The notes under the pieces: model-generated
Databases searched by the model: none
The model's input: only the letters and a program-made list of their open reading frames with translations
Told to the model about the DNA's origin: nothing
Source of the DNA: Deltaproteobacteria bacterium
Lineage (GTDB): Bacteria > Myxococcota_A > UBA9160 > SMWR01
Direction of reading: 5' to 3'
NCBI GenBank assembly: GCA_032128375.1
Contig: JAQBGU010000099.1
Span: 17,079 to 81,078 of the forward strand
DNA: 64,000 nt
In this document: positions 57,413 through 64,000 of the stretch, piece after piece
How positions within the stretch are numbered: the stretch's first letter is position 1
How the letters are laid out: the number at the start of each line of letters is the position of its first letter
Made by a program: the position numbers and the translations under genes

Positions 57413-58450
57413 TCAAGTGCCGGCGAACAACGCCTCACAGCCGGTTCCTTCGAGCCAACCGTCGACCGCCCCTCGATCGTCCGCGGACAAAACCGCGCGT
57501 TGCTCCCGCAGCCACTCCAGGCACTTCGCCTGGTATGGGAACGGCTGTTGCACCCACGGCTTACCCTCCACCGTGCACTCGACCTGGTCGGCACCTCGCG
57601 ACACTGCGTCTGCATTGGCCAGCATCACCGGCGTGTAGCCGCGTCCCGCCTCGACCAAGACTTCGCGCAGCGACTCCGCCACGTCAGCGCGGGAGATCCA
57701 GCCATCCTCTTCGACTTCGAGCCCCGAAAGGTCTTCCATGAATTCGACCCACGCGACCACGCGCGGAGCCTCTTCGAGCGTAACTGCGGCCGGTGTCGGG
57801 TCGAACAGCGCGAGCTGGGTCAACTGTCCGAGCGTGCCGAAATCCGATGCGCCGGGCCGACGGCCCATCAGATAGGGGTGTCGAATCAGATGCGCGTCGA
57901 ACGCGCGCAGGAAGCGTCGATAGCTCTCTTCGATGACGGGTCCGGTGGTTTCGTTCGAGCCCACCACGTACAGCCGGCCAATCTGGCGCTCCGCGATCAT
58001 TTTCGAAATCGGCCCGAGTTCCTCCTGCGATACGTCGACGCGCTGCCACAACGGCAAGATGGCTGCCGCCTTGTCGACGTCCGCTTGGTAGGCCCAGCGG
58101 TAGTGGAACATCGCTTTGGTGACCCACTCGTCGGCAAAGTCTTCGAGCAGGTAGTCGACGAACGCAACCGCCGGGTCAGACGGAACGACCTCACGACCGT
58201 CGAACTCTGCTTCGAACCTCCGGATCAGCGGGGTCGAATCCACCACCGCTACTTCCTTTCCGTCTGCGTCGGGCAGGTAGAACGTCGGGAGCAAGTGTAC
58301 CTTGGGTCGAGGCAAACCGGCCGCAGCAGCGGCCCCCTGCCCGAATACCCGGTACTCGATGCGCCGGTAGCGCAACAGCGCGCGCATCTTTCGCGTGTAG
58401 GGAGAACCGGGAGCTCCGAGAAATCTCAGAGGAGTCGCGAGAGGAGTCAT
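57413..58450 (-). CDS. glutathione S-transferase-like protein
   Basis: GAPGSPYTRKMRALLRY, DSTPLI, LEDFADEW, YLMGRRPGASDF. Confidence 0.85.
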   Translation of the reverse strand: MTPLATPLRFLGAPGSPYTRKMRALLRYRRIEYRVFGQGAAAAAGLPRPKVHLLPTFYLPDADGKEVAVVDSTPLIRRFEAEFDGREVVPSDPAVAFVDYLLEDFADEWVTKAMFHYRWAYQADVDKAAAILPLWQRVDVSQEELGPISKMIAERQIGRLYVVGSNETTGPVIEESYRRFLRAFDAHLIRHPYLMGRRPGASDFGTLGQLTQLALFDPTPAAVTLEEAPRVVAWVEFMEDLSGLEVEEDGWISRADVAESLREVLVEAGRGYTPVMLANADAVSRGADQVECTVEGKPWVQQPFPYQAKCLEWLREQRAVLSADDRGAVDGWLEGTGCEALFAGT

Positions 58451-58585
58451 GTTTCGGTCGCCCCTGTTGGTGATGTGCGATGCTGATCCCTGGTCCAGAC
58501 CATCGGCGAAATGAACCGGAGCGCTGACGTGCGATCTATTGTCATGGACAATGCCACTAAATGCAAGGCCAAGTGATAGGCTGCC

Positions 58586-60190
58586 GTGATGCCCCAGCAG
58601 CGGATCTTCTCCAACGCGAACGTTCTGACCGTCGACCCGCAAGACCGCGTCGTCGATGCGGTCGGCGTGGTCGACGGTCGCATTGTGGCACTCGGCAGCC
58701 TCCGCGAAGTGCGAGCCGCCCTACCCCACGCGACACCGGTGGATCTCGGCGGACATACGCTGATCCCGGGCTTCGTCGATGCACACAGTCACCTGATCAT
58801 GAGTGGAGAACTGGCCACACTGAATGTCGACCTGAACTCTCCACCGATCGGTGAGGTGCTCTCGATCGACGATGTGGTCACGCGGTTGTCCGCACGCGCC
58901 GAAATCACCGAGCCCGGAGCTTGGGTGGTCGGTCAGGGCTACGACGACACGCTGATGGCCGAAAACCGGCACCCGACGCGTGCCGATCTCGATACTGTGT
59001 CGCGCGACCACCCAGTCGTCGCGCGACACATTTCTGGACACTTCGCAGCGGTCAACAGTCGCGCACTCGAGATCGCCGAGATAGGACGCGACACACAGGC
59101 GCCAACCGGTGGCGTGATTCGCAAGGACGCGGACGGCGAAGTCGACGGCGTACTGGAAGAATCGGCGATGTTTGCGGTGCTGGCCCGCGTGCCGAAGCGC
59201 TCGAATGAAGAACGCTTCGCCGCAATCTCATACGCGGCCGAACACTACGCCCGACAGGGCGTCACGACAGCGCAAAACGGCTTCACGTTGGGTTACGAAC
59301 TCCAAGATCTCGATGCGGCCATCGCAGACGGCATCGTTCCAATTCGCGTGGTCGCCTGGCCAGGCCTCGGCGTGATGCGCCAGCTCGAATCGGGGGGCCT
59401 GTCCATCGAGGCCTCGCCGGATCGACTGACGATCGGTGCCATCAAGCTGTTCGCGGACGGGTCGATCCAGGGCTACACGGGGCATCTTTGTAGCCCGTAT
59501 CACGTCCCATTCAAGGGGCAGCACGAGTACCGGGGTTATGCGGCGATGTCGCGCGACGAACTCACCCGGCAGGTCAGCGAGATCTACTCGGCCGGGAGAC
59601 AGGTCGCTGTACACGTCAATGGTGACGCGGCCATCGATGACTTCCTGTTCGCTGTCGATGCCGCGCAGCGCGCTCATCCGCGCACCGATGCGCGCCCCAT
59701 CGCGGTCCACGCACAGATGACCCGCGAAGACCAGCTCGATGAGATGCAACGACTCGGCGTCGTGCCGTCGTTTTTTACCCTGCACACCTACTACTGGGGC
59801 GACCGCCACCGGGAAATCTTTCTCGGGCCAGACCGCGCCGCCCGGATCAGCCCCGCCCGGTCGGCGCTGGCGCGCGGCATGCGGTTGACGATCCATACCG
59901 ATGCGCCGGTGGTACCGATGACGCCCATGCTACTGATGTGGTCGGCGGTCAACCGCGAAACCACCAGCGGCGAAACGCTCGGCCCCGAACAGTGCCTGAC
60001 ACCGCTGCAGGCGCTGCGTGCGATGACAATCGACGCTGCGTGGCAGCTCCACCTCGAGGACACACGGGGCTCGATCGAGGTCGGAAAATTCGCCGACTTT
60101 GCAGTACTCGATGCGAATCCGCTCGCCGACCCGAGCGCAATCCGCGACATCGAAGTACTGTCAACCTACGTCGGTGGCGAGCGCGTCTGA
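58586..60190 (+). CDS. amidohydrolase_3 (YtcJ-like)
   Basis: PGFVDAHSH, KLFADGSIQG, HVNGDAAID, HAQ, HTDAPV, GSIEVGKFADF. Confidence 0.9.
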   Translation: MMPQQRIFSNANVLTVDPQDRVVDAVGVVDGRIVALGSLREVRAALPHATPVDLGGHTLIPGFVDAHSHLIMSGELATLNVDLNSPPIGEVLSIDDVVTRLSARAEITEPGAWVVGQGYDDTLMAENRHPTRADLDTVSRDHPVVARHISGHFAAVNSRALEIAEIGRDTQAPTGGVIRKDADGEVDGVLEESAMFAVLARVPKRSNEERFAAISYAAEHYARQGVTTAQNGFTLGYELQDLDAAIADGIVPIRVVAWPGLGVMRQLESGGLSIEASPDRLTIGAIKLFADGSIQGYTGHLCSPYHVPFKGQHEYRGYAAMSRDELTRQVSEIYSAGRQVAVHVNGDAAIDDFLFAVDAAQRAHPRTDARPIAVHAQMTREDQLDEMQRLGVVPSFFTLHTYYWGDRHREIFLGPDRAARISPARSALARGMRLTIHTDAPVVPMTPMLLMWSAVNRETTSGETLGPEQCLTPLQALRAMTIDAAWQLHLEDTRGSIEVGKFADFAVLDANPLADPSAIRDIEVLSTYVGGERV

Positions 60191-60201
60191 AGCGAGGGAA
60201 A

Positions 60202-60319
60202 GAGTGAGTCGAGCGAGTCGAGCGAGTCGAGCGAGTCGAGCGAGGAGAGCGAGGCGAGCGAGGCGAGCGAGAGAGCAAGGAGAGCAAGGAGAGCAAGGCG
60301 AGCGAGGAGAGCAAGGAGA
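60202..60319. repeat. purine-rich 9-bp tandem repeat (GAGCGAGTC / GAGCGAGGC / GAGCAAGGA variants)
   Basis: About 13 drifting units filling the spacer between the amidohydrolase and the PhyH-like gene. Confidence 0.8.
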
Positions 60320-60324
60320 CCAAA

Positions 60325-61260
60325 ATGAGTACCGTGCGTGAAGATACCAGTGCTCGCGACACGCGTGCAGTCAGCCAGAGCCGACTCACCGACGCGATGA
60401 TCGAACACTACTGGGAGTACGGTTATGCGCTGGTGCCGGGTCTATTCGACCGCGCGCGCATCCAAGGCTACCTCGAGCGTTTCTGCGGACTCGTCGACGG
60501 GACGATTCCGCCGGCGGACAACATGCTCATCATGCGCGACGTGATGGTCGCCAAGGGCGCAGTCCACGCACGCAACCGCGCCGAAGAGATTGCCAAGATC
60601 CAGGATTTCGAGAGCGACGAGGTGCTCTGGTCGTACGTGACTGATCAACGCCTGCTCGACTGCGTCGATCGACTCATCGGCCGCGATCTGTTCACGCTAC
60701 ACACGATGCTGATCAACAAGCCACCGAACGTCGATGGCCGGCACCCGCTCCACCAGGACCTGTTGTATTTCCCATTCCGCCCAGCCGACAAGATCGTCGC
60801 CGGCTGGACCGCGCTCGAGCGCATCACCCAACAGAACGGCTGCCTGACGGTAGTGCCGGGTTCGCACAAGAACGGGTTGCTCAAGCACGAGAACCCCGAA
60901 TGGGAGCATCTGAACGCTGCGTATTTCGGTGCCGAGGGCGTGGGCGCCGAAACCGAACGGGTCTACGTGGAGATGGAGCCAGGAGACACGATCCTGTTCC
61001 ATCCCATCACGCTGCACGGCTCCGGACGCAACAAGACGCAGGGCTTCCGCCGCGCGATCTCTGCCCATTTCGCCAGCACCGAGTGCCAGTGGGAGTGGAA
61101 CCTGCAGCGCTTCGACCAGCGCAAGTACAAGATCGTGCGCGGCGAAGGTGCCGGGACCCATTGGAACGGTTCGCGCAAGGATGGCCAGGGTTCCGTTGAT
61201 CCGCTCGCGTATTTTCCGAGGCTCGACAAACTGAAGAGGGCCCGGCGCGGTCGGAGTTAG
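60325..61260 (+). CDS. phyH: phytanoyl-CoA dioxygenase (PhyH), animal PHYH-like
   Basis: HTMLINKPP, RHPLHQDLLYFPFRP, NGCL, LHGSGRNKTQGFRRAISAHF; Fe(II)/2OG HxD...H triad. Confidence 0.82.
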   Translation: MSTVREDTSARDTRAVSQSRLTDAMIEHYWEYGYALVPGLFDRARIQGYLERFCGLVDGTIPPADNMLIMRDVMVAKGAVHARNRAEEIAKIQDFESDEVLWSYVTDQRLLDCVDRLIGRDLFTLHTMLINKPPNVDGRHPLHQDLLYFPFRPADKIVAGWTALERITQQNGCLTVVPGSHKNGLLKHENPEWEHLNAAYFGAEGVGAETERVYVEMEPGDTILFHPITLHGSGRNKTQGFRRAISAHFASTECQWEWNLQRFDQRKYKIVRGEGAGTHWNGSRKDGQGSVDPLAYFPRLDKLKRARRGRS

Positions 61261-61267
61261 CAACAGC

Positions 61268-63673
61268 ATGGAAGTGCTCGCCGGAATCCGCGTGCTGGAT
61301 GTCACCAGCGGCCCGGTCGGTGGGCTCGCATCCATGGTACTGGCGGACTTCGGGGCCGATGTCATCAAGATCGAATGCCCGGCCGGCGACCGGTTCCGCG
61401 CACAGCCAGCCGCCGCGTTCTGGCTCCGGGGGAAACGCAGCGTTGCGTTGGACTTGGCGACTGCCGTCGATCGCGAAACGCTCGCAGGACTCGTCGATCG
61501 CTGCGATGTAATCGCCGTATCCGGGACCCAACGCGCCCTCGACTCGTTCGGCATCGATTGGGAAACCGTTTCCCGCCGCAACGCGTCGATTGTCCACTGC
61601 CACATTACGGCTTTCGGCGCGGCGGGTCCCTACGCAGCGCTTCCGGGATATGAGGGGCTGGTCGCCGCACACAGTGGCCGAATGGAAGCGTTCGCCGGCC
61701 AAGCGCGCCGCGAGGGGCCGGTCTTCGCCGCACTGCCCGTCGGCTCGCACGCCGCCTCGCTGGGGGCGGTGCAGGGAATTCTGGCTGCGCTTTTCTCCCG
61801 CGAACGCGATGGCGGCTGCCAGCGAGTCGAGACCAGCTTGCTGCGCGGAATGCTTCCGTATGACCTGGCCTCGCTGTTGATCGTCCAACTCGAAAAAAAC
61901 TGGCCCGGCGAAATTCCGGATCCCAAGAAGGTCGGTGGCGGCATGCCAACGCTCAACTACCACCCCGTGATGGCCGCCGACGGCCGCTGGATCCAGCTCG
62001 GGAACCTGCTCGAACACCATTTGTACGGATTCCTCGAAGCCACCGACCTGCTACCCGAATTGCTGGCCGAGGAGCGCTTCCAAAGCCCGCCAGCGACCTG
62101 GTCACGCGAAGCAATCGAGGTGGCGCGAGACCGGATCCTGGGCCGAATCCGCGAACGCAACGCCGACGAGTGGATGGAAATCTTTCGCGCCCACGGCAAT
62201 GTCGTCGCCGAAACCTATCGATCCGCCCAAGAAGCGCTCGAACACCCCGATCTGGTCGGAAACGGCGATGTGATCGAGCGCGAGCACCCGGGCTTGGGTC
62301 TCGTGCGGCAACTCGGCGTGCTGGCTCGCCTCGACCGGACCGAGGGCCGGCCTGGCCGACTGCCACCCGGCATTGGCGAACACACGGAAGCGGCCATCAA
62401 CGAATGGAGCAACGCGCCCAACAGACCACGCGCTGCAGCTGCGGGGGCCGCTTCTGGCCGACCCCTCGAAGGCGTGACCGTTCTCGAAGTCGCAACCATC
62501 ATCGCTGCTCCGCTCGCGACCACGATGCTCGCAGACCTCGGTGCACGGGTCATCAAGGTGGAGGCGATCGGGGGCGACCCGTACCGACACCTGCTCGCCA
62601 GAGGGCTCTTGGCCGTCAAGACCAACGGCGGCAAGGAAAGCATCTGTGTCGATCTGAAGACCGAATCGGGCCGCGCGATCCTGCGCGAGCTCGCGGCCCG
62701 CGCCGATGTACTGGTCCACAACTTCCGCCCGGGCGTCCCCGAACGGCTCGGCCTCGGGTACGAACAGCTCCGCGAGCTGCGGCCCGAACTCATCTGGGTC
62801 GCAGCGACCGGCTACGGCCCCGATGCGCCCGGCTCCAATCGACCCTGCGCCCACCCCGTGGCCGGGGCCGCGATGGGGGGCGTGGTGTTCCAAGCGGGCG
62901 CCGGGATGCCGCCCAGCGACTGCGAGGGCATCGAAGCGATTCGCGACGCCGCCCGGCGCTTGATGCGCGCCAACGAGGCCAACCCAGACCCCAACACTTC
63001 CGTGGTACTCGCCTCTGCGGTACTGCTCGGCTTGTTGGCGCGTGCGCGGTATGGGATCGGCCAGCGAATCTCGGTCAACATGATGACCGCCAACGCGTAC
63101 GCGAATGCGGACGACATGCTCAGCTATGCGGACAAGCCCGACCGGCCCACAGTCGATGCTGAACTGCACGGGCTCGGCGCGTGCTACCGGCTGTATGAGG
63201 CTGAGAAAGGTTGGATCTTTCTCGCCATCGGCACCGATGTCGAGTGGAGGCGTTTCGTTGCCGCGGTCGAACACCCGTCGCTCGCGAGCGACTCGCGTTT
63301 CGAATCTGCCGAAGCTCGCCAATCGAACGACGCGGTGCTCGCGGAGACACTCGAGGGGTTGTTCGCCAGTCGCGGCGCGGACGCCTGGGAGCGGCTGTTG
63401 GTCCCGTCGCGGGTTGGATGTGTTCGCGTTGCGAACCACCCAGGCGTGTTTCTGATGAGCCGCCCCGACCTCACAGCCGAAGTCGAACACCTGCGCTTCG
63501 GCAACACGCGGCGCTGGGGACCACTGGTCATCTGCAATGGCGGCAATGCTGCACTCGGCGCCGGCGTCCTCGCGGGTCAACACACCGACGTGCTGCTCTC
63601 GGAACTGGGATTTTCGACAAGCGAGATCGAACGGCTGCGCGCGTCGAAAGCGGTCGGGTCGGAGACCGTCTGA
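61268..63673 (+). CDS. family III CoA-transferase (CaiB/BaiF), tandem double domain
   Basis: Two repeats: LAGIRVLD...LADFGADVIKIE and LEGVTVLE...LADLGARVIKVE...HNFRPGVPERLG. Confidence 0.9.
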   Translation: MEVLAGIRVLDVTSGPVGGLASMVLADFGADVIKIECPAGDRFRAQPAAAFWLRGKRSVALDLATAVDRETLAGLVDRCDVIAVSGTQRALDSFGIDWETVSRRNASIVHCHITAFGAAGPYAALPGYEGLVAAHSGRMEAFAGQARREGPVFAALPVGSHAASLGAVQGILAALFSRERDGGCQRVETSLLRGMLPYDLASLLIVQLEKNWPGEIPDPKKVGGGMPTLNYHPVMAADGRWIQLGNLLEHHLYGFLEATDLLPELLAEERFQSPPATWSREAIEVARDRILGRIRERNADEWMEIFRAHGNVVAETYRSAQEALEHPDLVGNGDVIEREHPGLGLVRQLGVLARLDRTEGRPGRLPPGIGEHTEAAINEWSNAPNRPRAAAAGAASGRPLEGVTVLEVATIIAAPLATTMLADLGARVIKVEAIGGDPYRHLLARGLLAVKTNGGKESICVDLKTESGRAILRELAARADVLVHNFRPGVPERLGLGYEQLRELRPELIWVAATGYGPDAPGSNRPCAHPVAGAAMGGVVFQAGAGMPPSDCEGIEAIRDAARRLMRANEANPDPNTSVVLASAVLLGLLARARYGIGQRISVNMMTANAYANADDMLSYADKPDRPTVDAELHGLGACYRLYEAEKGWIFLAIGTDVEWRRFVAAVEHPSLASDSRFESAEARQSNDAVLAETLEGLFASRGADAWERLLVPSRVGCVRVANHPGVFLMSRPDLTAEVEHLRFGNTRRWGPLVICNGGNAALGAGVLAGQHTDVLLSELGFSTSEIERLRASKAVGSETV

Positions 63674-63752
63674 CTCAGCGCCGCGCATCCAATCCCCGCT
63701 TGCTGGCGCCCCTTGCCAGAGTTGACACTGAAATGACGCTGGAACCGACGAT

Positions 63753-64000
63753 CTATTTTTTCGGCTGGATGTCGAAGCGGCCAAAGGAGATACCGACATC
63801 AACACCCCGGCCTGTACCGGCGAGGGCCAAGGAGATCTCGCCCTTGGTCAGTGCCTGCGCGCCCACAGCCTTGGAGGCGCCCGCGTGGGCCTCGGCTTGC
63901 GCGAAGCTGCCGTAGATTTCTTTGATGTCGCGGACCGCAGAGAACTGGCCCTTACCGCCGATGATCTCGGACTTGCCGACTGTGAAGCCGCCCCCCCAGC
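63753..64000 (-). CDS. hypothetical protein, 3' part (5' end outside the window)
   Basis: Open frame WGGGFTVGKSEII...GSFAQAEAHAG...TKGEISLALAGTGRGVDVGISFGRFDIQPKK ending in TAG at 63753. Confidence 0.65.
   Translation of the reverse strand, partial: WGGGFTVGKSEIIGGKGQFSAVRDIKEIYGSFAQAEAHAGASKAVGAQALTKGEISLALAGTGRGVDVGISFGRFDIQPKK

Noticed and set aside
62102..63805. Long antisense ORFs such as 62102..63805, 25271..26428 and 4317..5405
   Set aside because: Typical high-GC shadow frames opposite well-supported genes, with no recognisable motifs.

Overview
High-GC bacterial DNA, probably from a diderm (Gram-negative) organism: it encodes an outer-membrane beta-barrel ending in Phe, several c-type cytochromes and sigma54-type promoters. 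A Myxococcota-like origin is my inference, not shown. There are four blocks. (1) 0.6-9.3 kb: an actinobacterial-style steroid side-chain degradation cluster (split Rv3521-like OB-fold pair, ltp4, ltp3, acyl-CoA ligase, fdxD, fadE26/fadE27, KstR-like TetR) with four TnnAACnnGTTnnA KstR boxes. (2) 11.3-30.2 kb: the most unusual region. A possible envelope-spanning redox chain (membrane-anchored FAD/NAD + 2Fe-2S reductase, cNMP-binding/4x[4Fe-4S] fusion, His-bearing 4-TM protein, 10-, 5- and 4-heme cytochromes c, a porin) is bracketed by a Hanks Ser/Thr kinase, two FHA proteins, a PP2C phosphatase and an FHA-FHA-class III nucleotide cyclase with non-canonical active-site residues. (3) 30.3-39.9 kb: two eukaryote-type neutral sphingomyelinase-like EEP paralogs, an SDR, a GNAT and a GT-C-like membrane glycosyltransferase cluster in which two genes are disrupted. 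(4) 39.9-64 kb: mostly lipid/acyl-CoA and redox genes, including a close look-alike of animal phytanoyl-CoA hydroxylase. Two identical 125-bp MITE-like elements sit at CTAG sites that overlap TAG stop codons, and several intergenic tandem repeats occur. No rRNA, tRNA, CRISPR array or transposase was recognised. All family calls come from motif recognition by eye; no database searches were run.
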